Assembly: GCA_964247055.1 (NCBI GenBank)
Contig: OZ176054.1
Span: 2,046,001 to 2,110,000, forward strand
Length of the DNA stretch: 64,000 nt
From: Paragordius varius
Lineage: Eukaryota; Animalia; Nematomorpha
Reading direction: 5' to 3'
Position 1 is the first letter of the stretch; each line of letters opens with the position of its first letter. This document shows, in pieces, positions 48,701 through 61,420 of the stretch. The translations under genes were made by a program, and so were the position numbers. The notes below the pieces were generated by a model that saw only the letters and a program-made list of their open reading frames with translations, ran no database searches and was not told the origin of the DNA.

Positions 48701-49339
48701 ATTCTTTACGCTATCGGTTTAACAGCACAAGACCCGTACTCTCACAAATATAATTATATCACCTTTCTTTCTTGTTATAACCCACACATTTTTTTGAATA
48801 TTTTCATATTTGCAAAATTAAAATGGCGTTCTTGAAATTTTTTGTCGCCCACATCTGCAAATTATATATTTTTGCATATTGTCCCAAAAATAAAGGGATA
48901 ACAAATTTTTAATATGGAAATCGCAGGCTTATTGCTGAATCAGTAAAGCAACATCTATTTTTCTAGTTAATATTATATATCAATAACAAATACACAATAT
49001 TATATCGATAAAATTGCATTGCTGTGCTAGCATAAAAACATTTCTATCTAAATCGACGATAATTTATTACCGGATATGTATCGATAAAACAAACATACCC
49101 ATTTTTTTTGTTTTTAGTGTTTGACGTATATACGCTGCCCTTAAATAAACATTACATAATATGGATTGATTGAGTAAGTAAATATATTTATTTACCAAAT
49201 TTATGTTGGTTACAAAATAAAATGCATATATATGTGAATAAAATTTAAAAAGCCATCATAACATTTTTAATATTTCGCTAAATTAAATTAGTGGGGTTAT
49301 CTTTAAAATCGTTTTCATAATTATTATAAAAAAATAGCT

Positions 49340-50544
49340 ATGAAACCACATCGTCGAATGTGTTTAATATTCTCCATTTGTCTTATCGGATTATTACTGG
49401 TAAAATATTTTTGTTTTTTCACATTAACTTTTAAAACGATTTTTTGGTTGTATAACCAAATTGGATTCGATTTTCCAGTTTACACGGTTTCAGAACCGGT
49501 TTTTGAAATGAAACTAAAATATTTCCCAATATTTTTATACTTTTACCATTTTTCGGAAATTTATTTTAGATTATAATTAACGTAGGTTTATCTCAATAAT
49601 GGAGGATTTATATTTATATTTTTACAATAATAATCAATCGTTCCTTAATATAGATAATGTATACTAAATCATTGACAATCCCCAAATACAACGAAGAAAA
49701 TTTAGAATTTAAGACGATTTACCCCCGGCATAAAGGAGCGATGAAGCCCAAGGTATAAATACTATTCTCTCTCTCACTTGTTTTAAGGTGATAAATTATA
49801 AAAAATATATTTTCTTAAACAAACTTGTGTTATAATTTAGATTGAAAAAAATCTCCCATTCGACTGTTCAAACAATACTGCATCTACCCCATCAAAGGTA
49901 ACTTATCCATGTCAACCTTGTGATATTACAACGTGTGATGATTTCCACAAAGATAAACGAAATGCCGAAAATCGGGCCAATCCAAATATAATTAGGTGTT
50001 ACCCTTATCTCTGCAATGGTCAATGCAAAGCCATTTACTTAAATTCTGAGAATAAGTTCTTATCGTGTACTAAAACGTATGCTCTTACTGAACAAGAATT
50101 TAAAGACTTAATGAATATAAATTAAGCAAATTTTATTTGATACATTTTTTAGCATTATATATATAATAATATATAATTTTACAGTATCTGCGTTTACTAT
50201 TTTTCATATAGCATACAATAAATTATATAATGTAGATAATCTTATTTTTTATGACGAGTCGTGTTTATGGATGTTGTAAAAAAATAGATTATAAAAATTA
50301 AGATGAGCATTCGAATTTTCCACCAGTAAATATATGTTGCCCTTTAATAAATAATATTTAAAATTATCTATTTTTTAAAAAGATGGATTTACATTATAGG
50401 TAATGGAAGAAAGCCTCAAAGAACAGAGGTTTAAAATTGATGATTGTTTAGATTTTAATTTTTGCATCAAGGGCCTTTTGTTGTTGGTATGGCCGATTTG
50501 TATTTTAGCGGCTAAAACTTAAAACGATACACTCAAAGCTATAA
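49340..50544 (+). CDS. Uncharacterised small Cys-rich secreted or type II membrane protein (about 158 aa)
   Basis: Phase-compatible exons 49340-49399, 49654-49752, 49841-50076, 50383-50428, 50509-50544. N-terminus MKPHRRMCLIFSICLIGLLL; eight Cys in exon 3. An alternative last exon could start at 50185. Confidence 0.55.
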
Positions 50545-51339
50545 AAATACCTAGTCCTATGTCAGCTCAGACTCCACCATGCGTCTGAAGCCATTAATAT
50601 ATTTAATTTTACCAAAGCTAAAGCGTATAAATTACTAATATAAAATTTAAATTACTCTAGTTGATTAAGTGTCTTGGCAGAATATTTATATTTGGAAATT
50701 GCGAGCGATTCCATTTAGGCGACAAATGAAATTGCTGATTAAAATGAAAGTACATTTGCATATTAACATCAAATATGCTTATTTATTTTAATATAGCATT
50801 AATCTCCTACAAAATAACTCTTTCTTTGCGAATATTTATAAGAAGCTGTATTCGCCAATCTTACGTCGCCTTCAAAGGCTTATAAAACAATAGGTTATTC
50901 TAAAATAGCAATTATGTAACTATTAATTTAAAATCATAACTGTCGCAACAATCCGGTTATGCTCGTGACTGTGACATTTTAAAAAATAACTTCTATAAGA
51001 TTCATACATAAGCAGTCAGACGGTTTTTTTACCGGTCAAAAACCAATACTATGTGACAATAGTGTTAAGCAAAACAAAATTCAGGGTATAGTAATTGGTG
51101 TAAATATTATTGTTATTTATGAACCTATTTATGTTTATATAGATGGATTGATGAATTTTCGCATTTTAATATAAACTAAAAATTCATTATGGCTTTAAAT
51201 ATGTTAGAAATCAAAATAATAAATTAGATTTCTTAAAATGATAAAATTAAATAACACGATATTTCGCCTTTTTTTCACACTTTATTAAGTGAAAGTCAAA
51301 GTTTCGGCTTATAAGGTTGTTTGTATAGTAATTGTTTAC

Positions 51340-51650
51340 TTATGGTTATAATACTGAAAACCAGATCGAAGGTATCTATAAACCATGTTTGTTCAGTGTG
51401 GAGCTGTTAATCTATACTTCTAGAGCTTCGCGTATTTGTCGTTTGCTATTACTGATTTTAGCTTTTATCTATGATTTTATGTCCAGTATAAATTATGTGT
51501 TTCGCAAGTCCTGAATTAAGCTTGCTGTTTTTTAGGAATAATTTATATGCTGATAATATAGTTTTAACTGCTTTTCCAGATTTACTCTTCTAAGACTCGT
51601 TATATCAACATATAGCTTTGAATACACTTGAGTTACTGTGACTGAAAATA
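51340..51650 (-). mobile_element. Degenerate Penelope-like endonuclease / C-terminal fragment
   Basis: Frameshifted pieces SGLAKHIIYTGHKI and RQIREALEV*INSSTLNKHG resemble the PLE SA.AEH..TGH and R.IREA.EI...LNR blocks. Confidence 0.55.
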
Positions 51651-52252
51651 TGTAGAGATGATATATTGATTAGATAATTCAAACGTTTGCAGTATAATGT
51701 GAAAACCGAAAATCTTTACGAAATGTTGATGAATTCTGATTATGTTTTATATGAAAAAATAGACAATTTTATTTAAATTCTTTTCTAATTTAGCCTTAAA
51801 ACGATAATATATCGAAAAAAACTGGTCAAAAAAAATTGCTCAAAATATATAATTTATTTATTTTCAATTATCAAACAAATTTTCATTAAAAAGTTGTACA
51901 TCATACTTCTAAACAAGGCTTAATTTTACTGTGTATGCCAAGCTTAGCCGTACTAAGTTGATAGAAAGGGCTGAACCTTAGTTACCGTCCATATGGATAT
52001 ACAGGTTGCGAATAAATTGTTTTAAATATAACATTTATTTTATAGACATAGTTTCAATGTAGGTATGAATACCTATTTACCATTGATAATATAACATAAC
52101 ATATCAGAGTAAGAAAGATTAATTCAGACAATATTCGACAAATAATTTAAGGGATAAGACAGTTCGCACCTTTCTTAATACATATATAAATCAAAAAAAA
52201 TAAGGATGTATATTGTATACATTATTTATTATAAGCCTTTATACAATTAGAT

Positions 52253-52268
52253 GGCCCTAAAAAGGGCC
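52253..52268 (-). promoter_or_regulatory. Histone mRNA 3' stem-loop (H4 copy 1)
   Basis: CCCAAA GGCCCT TTTT AGGGCC ATC. Confidence 0.95.
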
Positions 52269-52348
52269 TTTGGGGTAAGTAATCGTATAAATTAATACGA
52301 TGTATATATTTGATAAGTTTATATACAGTTGCAAAACTGAATCCGGAT

Positions 52349-52974
<626 letters not shown>

Positions 52975-53340
52975 ATGCCACCTAAACCAGCAGGAAAAGC
53001 CGTCAAGAAGACACACAAACCTAAAGTAGCCAAGGGAGATCACAAGAAAAGGAAATCAAGAAAGGAATCCTATGGAATCTACATTTACAAAGTTTTGAAG
53101 CAAGTTCATCCCGACACTGGTATCTCCAGCAAAGCCATGTCCATCATGAATTCTTTCGTCAATGATTTGTTTGAACGTATTGCTGCTGAAGCTTCTCGTC
53201 TCGCTCACTACAACAAACGATCAACCATCTCTAGTCGGGAAATCCAAACAGCTGTCCGTCTCTTGTTACCTGGGGAATTAGCTAAACACGCCGTTTCTGA
53301 AGGTACAAAGGCCGTCACCAAATACACCAGCTCCAAATAA
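52975..53340 (+). CDS. H2B: Histone H2B, replication-dependent
   Basis: Intronless 121-aa H2B ([27 protein letters not shown]...TKYTSSK). Confidence 0.99.
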   Translation: MPPKPAGKAVKKTHKPKVAKGDHKKRKSRKESYGIYIYKVLKQVHPDTGISSKAMSIMNSFVNDLFERIAAEASRLAHYNKRSTISSREIQTAVRLLLPGELAKHAVSEGTKAVTKYTSSK

Positions 53341-53404
53341 ATTTTCAAATTATATAGCTTTGTTACTACATTGACGATAATGTCATTATATTAAAACACC
53401 CAAC

Positions 53405-53420
53405 AGCCCTTTTTAGGGCT
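53405..53420 (+). promoter_or_regulatory. Histone mRNA 3' stem-loop (H2B copy 1)
   Basis: CCCAAC AGCCCT TTTT AGGGCT ACC. Confidence 0.93.
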
Positions 53421-53516
53421 ACCTATATCACTCAATAAATTCTCATTACTTACCTAATAGTCATTATTTATATTATATATTTTTTTATCTAAGTGTCACA
53501 AAATATGTATCATAAC

Positions 53517-56500
53517 TAAGGTGACCAGACGTCCCGCTTTTGGCGGGACAGTCCCGCTTTTTCACACTTTGTCCCGCCTCCCGCTACGTTTTAAAATGTC
53601 CCGCTTTTTCACGATTATATAAAAAAAAATTTTTTAATACAAATAAATTTTTTTTATCCGTTTAAATTTTAAATTAAAATTTTTTATTTTAAAAATATTT
53701 ATTTTTTTTTCGAATTTATATCATATGATTATACACTTTGCTTCCTACTACTACTATCGTCATTATCAAAAGCCAAGTTAATACCACAAATCGGTACCTT
53801 ACACGTTTATTCTAGAAAATTAAGGTAATATAATATTTATTATACTAATTAAATATGAGCACAAAAAGAGGTAAATTCAACGATGAATTAATGAAAGATT
53901 TTCCTTTAGCAAAAAAACGAAGAATGAATCATTTGTTAAATGTCTTATATGCGAGAATTCACCCTAGCACATGGAAGCATGATACTACAAAGCATATGGA
54001 AACACAGAAACATAAAAACGTTTAGATATGGCGGCATCATCTTACAAAATGAGCGATTTTTTTCGAAAAACCGCATTTGGAGTCTTTTTACGCCGTTAAT
54101 CACAATCATTCCTTTGGATCTATGGACTGTACCCCACAGGTTATTCGCACATTATTCCATAAAAAATTTACATGTGCCCGTACAAAGGCCAAAGCCATTG
54201 TGTGCAATGTCCTTTCGCCACATGCATTTTCTGAAATACAAAAAGATTTGTTGAAAATTAATTTCTTATCCCTATACTCTGATGCATCAAATCACCATGA
54301 AGCAAAATTATTTCCCAAAATTTTAGATTTAATTTCTCTACCCGGTAAAAATTCCGAAATAATATTTACTCCAATAATGCATATTCTAGGAAAAATAACT
54401 TAAAAGACAAAATTATCGCATATTGCGCTGACAACACCAATACGAACTTTGGTGGAAAAGCAAGGAGGGGAACAAAAAATACTTTTCATAAATTAACAGA
54501 TAATCTTAATCAAAACATTATTGGCGTTGGGTGTGCAGTGCATATAATACACAACGCTATTCAAACAGCTGCTGATTACCCCTAGATGTGGAAAATGTAG
54601 TTGTTAAAATATATTCCTATTTTTATATATACACGGTACGTGTTGAAACGATTAAAGAATTCTGTGAAAATGCAGAAATATCAAAAAATGCTTGGATATT
54701 GTAAAACTCGTTGGTTAGCCTTTATGCCAGCTATCGAAAGTATTTTAAAAATGTATGATCCTTTAAAAAAATTTTTATCACAGGACAAATGTCCTTTAAC
54801 TTTAAAAAAGTATTTTGAAAGTGATTCTTCAAAAATATGGTTTCTTACATAATCAAGCTTCTCTGTTTCAAAATGTTATTAAATTTATAGAAGGTGACAA
54901 AATTTCGGCAATCGAAGTAGCCAATGAAGTTAGTAACCAAAAATTCCAATGTCAAGAACGGTTAGAAAATAATTTTATACCATTAATCATCCGTAATATA
55001 ATAAATAATTTAGAAAAACAAGGAATAATAAATCGCCAAGATATCCTGTACCATATAAAAATGTTTTATACAAACTGTAAAGATCATTTGGAAGATTGGA
55101 CGACGCAATTCAATAAAATGGATCATTTTCATTGGATAACATTAAAATCAGAATTAATTGGTGCGATGTTCAAAAATCATTTGGTTATATCTGCTCCCAA
55201 AAATTCTCAAAAAGTAATCTCAGAAAATGATCTTTTTTCTGAAGTATCATTAGTTAAAAGATATATTAATAATGAAAAAACTTAAATTATGGACAAAAGA
55301 AAAATATACAGTAGAAAAGAAATGGTTGGAAATATTTCATCATTTTGAAGCCAACTATAATACATACAATAATATTTTTAAAAATTGTGGAATTCGCACT
55401 ATCTTTACCTGGAACCAACGCTGCTACTGAGCGCGTTTTTTTCCACAGTAAATCAGGCGTGGACATTGGAAAAATCAAATTTAAATGTTGAAACTTTAAA
55501 GGCCGTCTTATCTGTCAAATATAATTTGACACCATCTTGTAAAGACTTTTCTAAAATATTTTAAAAATGATGAACTCTGCTAAAACGCATTCGCTCAAAA
55601 AAATATACCAATGAATAAAATATTTTCTTATATTTATAAAGTTTTTATGTTAAAAAATAAACAAAATTACTTAAAATAATGGATACGTCTTCATAATTTG
55701 TCAAATTATATTTGAACACATAAAATGGTTTTTATTCAACATTTAAATTTGATTTCGTGTCCTTACTTAATTTACTGTGGAAAAACGCGTTCAATAGCAA
55801 TGGTTCAGGTAAAGATAATGCAAATATAATTAAAATATTTTTGTATGGAACATAATTTGTTTAAAAATGATTATTTTAACCATTTCTATCCTACGTATTT
55901 TTTTCTGTTGTCCATAATTTAAGTTTTCATTCAATATATTTATTTAATAATGAAACTTCATAAAAAGTGTCATTGTGCACCGTCTTGTCTTCCAAATAAT
56001 CGTTTCTGTTTGTATAAAACATTTTTATATTCCGGCTATTCATTGAGCCTTGTTTTTCTGGATGTTTTATAATATTGCGATTAGGTAATGGTATAAAATT
56101 ATTTTCTAACCTTTTTTGACTTGGAATTTTGACCTTTGTCCTGCGATAAAAAATAGGATTCTAGGAGATCACATTTTTATAAATATTTCAATCGCTGGCA
56201 AAAGAGCTAACCAACAGTTCTACAATATCCAAGCATTTTAACATCTATATTTTCTACATCCAGGGTTAACAAATCAGTAGCTGTCTGAATAGCGTTGTGT
56301 ATCTGCCAATAATGTTTTAATTAAGATTATTCGCTAAATTGTGAAAATATTTTTTGTGCCGCTTCTTGCATCACCCAGCGCACTTTGTGATGATTTCGTC
56401 TTTATTATTCTTTTCTAGAATATTACAATCACTTCACCCTTTGTTCGTGCATGTAAATTTATTGAATAAGGTACAAACAACCTGTAAGGTACAAATTTTT

Positions 56501-56638
56501 TTATTTTTATAATGTATTTGTGTTAAAAATAAATAAATAATACAATAATTTTTTGTATAAAAATTTTCGGTTGTACCCCCCAATGACCCCCCTCTCAGAT
56601 TTGTCCCGCTTTTTCCTTAAAAAAATCTGGTCACCTTA
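53517..56638 (+). mobile_element. hAT (Blackjack-like) DNA transposon with a fragmented transposase
   Basis: 13-bp TIR TAAGGTGACCAGA / TCTGGTCACCTTA; perfect 8-bp TSD ATCATAAC (53509-53516, 56639-56646); GTCCCGC subterminal repeats. Transposase pieces at about 53863-55560 include SLYSDASNH, ADNTNTNFGG, KTRWL and LSLPGTNAATERVFS. Confidence 0.95.
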
Positions 56639-56973
56639 ATCATAACATAAATATGAGTTTTAAAAATCTGAAATTGCAATATTAGTTATATATAAGAATT
56701 ATGTTGTTTGCTTTATTAAATATTCAATGAGCGTTTAATTTTTTGATTTAAATGGTTGCATACCATTAATTATATTTAAAGAAGGGTACTTAAGCAATTA
56801 AATTATTTTTCCTTTTAAACCAAACCTATCTTAAGGGCTAAATACTAAGAGTCATATATCTCATCCTCAACCAATACTTATTACGTGCTGTTTGACATGC
56901 AGAAAAGCACTTTTAAGGCTCCCGTTTTAATATCACTAAGTTAAACTGAAGAAGTGCTGTGAAACATTTTAAT

Positions 56974-57929
56974 TAGGGCTTGGAACCGGAACCCGGTTCC
57001 TGGGATTTTAACAAGAACCGATTCTGTTGGGATTGAACCAACGCGGTTTCGGTTGCACTTCCCCCGGAACCACCCCGGTACCGATTCCAAAATTTTAGTA
57101 AGCAACCTGGTTCCGGTTCCAATTGTTCAGGAACACCCGGTTCCATTTTTATAATAATTTTATTTTATTATTTAAACTTGATTGTACCACCACATATTAC
57201 ATATTTAAAACTTTAAACCTAAAACTAAGCACCTAATATTATATTAGCGATACTCTCTGAATTTTGGGCGATTCGGCTGTTCTAAAAAACTAATACACAT
57301 CTAATATATATTACAACGGGGATATTTTTGTTGTTTGACACAACTCTCTAACTCGCTTAAAATTTTTCAATTTTACAAAGGAAATTAAAGAATGATAAAC
57401 AACAGAAAAAGTGTTTTAAAAACATATTTTCATATTACCACAGATAATAGCACATTCCGAACTTGTCAAACAAAAATTAAAGGACCTTACAACTCCAATC
57501 TAGTTAAAAATTTAAATACCCATTAATATCAAAATTTTACTTTGATTTTAAGTATTTAATTAATATCTGATTTTAAATCTAGTTCTAGTTCAACAAAAAT
57601 TAGAATAAAAAAATCTTAACAAACCAAATTATAACTTTTTCCTACTCAATAGAGCTTGTTAGTGCAAATTGTAGACCTTTATCCATTTAATAGGATTCAG
57701 GAATGAAAATGATTATTTTACCAAGAATTAAAGCGCTTAATTATAGACACTTGAAACCCAAGAATTATAATAAACATTTTGTAAGAAAAACATTTAATCA
57801 AAAGTCAGGAACCGAAAATAGAACCGGTTCTAATGTAATGAACCGGTTAAACCGCTAAATATTTAAGGGACCGACTCGGTTTCGGTTCCATTTATTCCGG
57901 AATCACCACGGTTCCGGTTCCACGCCCTG
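56974..57929. mobile_element. Non-autonomous hAT element
   Basis: TIRs TAGGGCTTGGAACCGGAACC / GGTTCCGGTTCCACGCCCTG; 8-bp flanks ATTTTAAT / CTTTTAAT; AACCGG/CCGGTT subterminal repeats. Confidence 0.85.
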
Positions 57930-59382
57930 CTTTTAATTAATGTTTAAACAAGTAGAAACAATATCGGACAAATTAGCCATAGAAAGATAATTTTATTTGG
58001 AAAGAGCTTGCTATGGATAGTATCTAAATCAAGTGTGTCACAAATTTTGTGTTGGCTGCATTTTCGGATCATATGGGAATCAACAAATATTTTCTATCTC
58101 AAACATAAGACTGTAAAAACTATAATTTTATTTATATATTGTAAACTCTTGTATATTAATCGCGGGCCTCGTATTCAACAAGGATAAAAAAATATCAAAT
58201 TAAATAATTTTGAAGTCTGCATGAATGACCCTTGTAAAGGCAACTTTTTAATATTTTAAACAATATTAATCAAAAGTGGATATTATTTAAAGCGTTGCAT
58301 ATTGTGCTTTTTGTAAAATCTGCAGTGGTGCTAGCTCATTGTTTATCTACATTTATGCATTGATCCCAATATCCTACCAATACAGTTCATGTCAAATTAC
58401 ATTATCCTGATTTTTGCCTCCTTTTTGGAATAATAGCAAGCATAAACCGTTTTTCGCACTTGTTCGGACCCTCGACCAATTATACATATTTCGAATGTTT
58501 GAATTTTATAACGAATAAGGTTTGCCTATTAAATTGCAGAGTTAATCATGAAGATCAATAAAAACATAATTGACTACCTATGCTATGGCAGGCGTCGCAG
58601 TTAGTCGCCATGATTATAAGTGAATCGAAAGTTTGCGAAATATTGCTTCATGTCTGTGGAACACTAACCCTTGTTCATAAATTAAAAAAGCTCAAATAAT
58701 TTCCTTTTCTAAAAACCCCTAATACTAATATGTTAATGATCTCATTAGCTTTACAAATCTAATTATATTTAGGGATACGGATTTAGTAAAGCGGCTAAAC
58801 ACACCCTGATTTATAAAAATGACTCTGATACAGTCGTCACGAAAAAAACCTTTTTTAAAATTAAACAAAATTACGTATTTTAGAGAAAACTTAACAAAAA
58901 AGAGGAATTTGGCTCTACTATTTTAAACAGAAGAAAATTGCTGTTTGGCTCATATAAAAGATGTAAATGGAGTATGTATGATTTATTCATACTTGTTCAT
59001 AGCGTATTCTAAAAAACCAGAAGTTGTATGTGGAAAAATTATTTTATATATTACAAAAGGGCCATATATCATTAATAAAGAGAGATCAGTTAAGAAAAGG
59101 ACACGGAAAAGCGTTTAGGCAGAAAATAATTTTAGGTGTGTCCAACACGCTTTTATTGATATACAAAGGTGCTCTAAAAATCTTAAAAAATTGAATGTCA
59201 ACAAAAATTTACGATCATTTAAAAGATATAATCCAAAATTGGGTACGAGATAAATATAACAAAAGAAATTATCAAAGGAACCGGGAAGATTTTTTTCAAA
59301 CTAATTAGGATTATAAAATTGACAAAAGATAGAATATGAATAATTTATTAACTAATATATCAAAATACAGTTGCGTTTAGGT

Positions 59383-59398
59383 GGCCCTAAAAAGGGCC
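59383..59398 (-). promoter_or_regulatory. Histone mRNA 3' stem-loop (H2A)
   Basis: CCCAAA GGCCCT TTTT AGGGCC ACC. Confidence 0.95.
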
Positions 59399-59462
59399 TT
59401 TGGGTTATTAACATGTATATGATTTACATGAATATAAAATACATTCCACGTTGTTCGAATAC

Positions 59463-59837
59463 TTATTGGCTAGTTTCCGACTTCTTTGGCAAAAGAATAG
59501 CTTGAATGTTGGGGAGAACACCACCTTGAGCTATGGTAACTCCAGATAGCAATTTGTTCAATTCTTCATCGTTGCGGATGGCTAGTTGAAGATGTCTTGG
59601 GATGATACGAGTCTTCTTGTTGTCACGTGCAGCGTTTCCAGCCAATTCAAGAACTTCAGCGGCTAGGTATTCCATCACGGCGGCCAAATAAACTGGGGCT
59701 CCTCCACCAATGCGGCTTGCATAATTTCCATTTCGGAGTAAACGGTGAATACGACCAACTGGGAATTGAAGTCCGGCACGATTTGATCTGCTTTTTGCCT
59801 TTCCCTTTATTTTTCCACCTTTGCCACGGCCAGTCAT
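59463..59837 (-). CDS. H2A: Histone H2A, replication-dependent, ending in ETSQ
   Basis: Intronless 124-aa H2A ([13 protein letters not shown]...[13 protein letters not shown]) with a stem-loop; CCAAT at 59941. Confidence 0.99.
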   Translation of the reverse strand: MTGRGKGGKIKGKAKSRSNRAGLQFPVGRIHRLLRNGNYASRIGGGAPVYLAAVMEYLAAEVLELAGNAARDNKKTRIIPRHLQLAIRNDEELNKLLSGVTIAQGGVLPNIQAILLPKKSETSQ

Positions 59838-60639
59838 ATTTAAATAATATTAAATTAAAGAGAAGTATAAAAACGTGAAATAATGTAAATGATTATGTTA
59901 AGGTTTATATAGCAAATATATATGCGCGCAAACAATTAACCAATCAACAATAAGTATATATTTGCGCCTTTAAAATGTGTCTTGTTTGTTTTTTATTATA
60001 TTCATTTTAATAAATATTTATAAAGTAGATTTTAAAAATAATTTTATCAAATCATGCGCAGAAATTCGAACCAGCTTTCTTAAAAAAGTGCTAATAGCAT
60101 TACTAAATAAATTAATAATTTACATATTTATAAAGTTATTGTATTAACGCGTCTACAAGCGCTGGTAGCAGGCAAGAATCATCTCGAAGAATGGCAATGA
60201 ATTTTGGCCGGTTATAATGAGTTGCTTAGAGAGCCGTTTAATTATAAATTATTATTTTATTAATTTTAGTAGATTTATCAGTTTAAAAATACCGTTTTAA
60301 AATGTAAAAAACTGTTGTTAAGTTATAAAGTCAGCATTTTTACCGGTAAATTAAAGCATTCAAACTATTATATAGGTTGATTTTGTAAAAATCTTTAAAT
60401 ATTTACATCCTCTTTTTACAAAAAGATATATCACTTTTTTTCCGCACAAACAAAATCATTTGCACTTTTATGCAGGAAGGAACTCTAAACCAACAGCTCG
60501 CGCTGACCTCTTTTTTGCTGTTTAAAATTTATATTCACATGACTCAAATGGCTTTGGCAACCGGTGATATATTTTTATTTTGGTATCTGGTTGTCCATTT
60601 AGGGGACAACAGCAAACGCAAATGAAATAAGTTATTGTC

Positions 60640-61420
60640 CAAACCTTCTGGATGGATGTACTGGTATAGTCGAGGTGGACTTTTTTGTAGATTGCGATTT
60701 ATAAGTTTTAATGCTGAGTTCTGCCAGGATTGCATCGGTTTCTTTTAGAATATTGTCCATCCACCTTATTCTTATCCGCCCCCTTTTGCGTGTATCGATA
60801 TCCCCAGACTTTTCCAAAGAGTTAGATCTTATAATGCAGGCAAAGTAGGAAAATTTGGTATTGATAGACATTTAAGCAATGGCATATTAATTATTTAATC
60901 TAAAATTGTGGTTAGTCATTTTGTTTTTTCATTTTATTTGCAGAAATTTTAACGTCTTTCAGAGTTCGAAATTTATCCGTTCGTCATATTTTCCAACATC
61001 CACACCCACAGAGAAAAGTTAGAAAAATGATTGCATTTGTAAGCCTAAATTTTTTAGCTGACATCCTGGGATGCCCAAATTTTATAATTATTAATTGCGG
61101 CCATTTTTCCTATAGCTATTCTACCTTAAAATAGGGAATTATTATCGTCACGTATTAAAGTCCCGAGATATGTGAAGTTTTTGACCATTTCGATATAATG
61201 TCCGTTAACAGTTACTGTTAACAATTTTCAGGTTAATTTGCAATATTTGCGTGTAAAAGATTAATGCATAGCCCACAAAATGGTGCAATAGCGATAATGA
61301 GCTTAGGTTGTCTGCGAAGATAACTGTGTCGTCTGCATAATAAATATAAATTACATCATAACCTCCGACGTGTATGTCGAAGATATCGGGTAAGTTTTTC
61401 ATTATGCATTTAATAGAGAG
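60640..61420 (-). mobile_element. Degraded LINE fragments (RT YADD block and RTE-type C-terminus)
   Basis: YYADDTVIFADN at about 61.3 kb; TKLSYFACIIRSNSLEK..RKRGRIRIRWMDNILKET at 60640-60870; same orientation. Confidence 0.65.

Noticed and set aside
51255-51325. GCCGAAAC and TGAAAAAAAGGCGAAA (minus strand) downstream of the PLE fragment
   Set aside because: Position fits a PLE ribozyme remnant, but neither has a complete core with a paired stem II.
56940-56975. Hammerhead-like CTGAAGA A GTGCTGT GAAAC beside a hAT insertion
   Set aside because: Stem II does not pair, and stem I and the cleavage triplet cannot both be formed; at best a decayed relic.
60050-60095. GGTTCGAAT B-box-like motif on the minus strand
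   Set aside because: No A box or cloverleaf; not a tRNA and no second copy to support a SINE.
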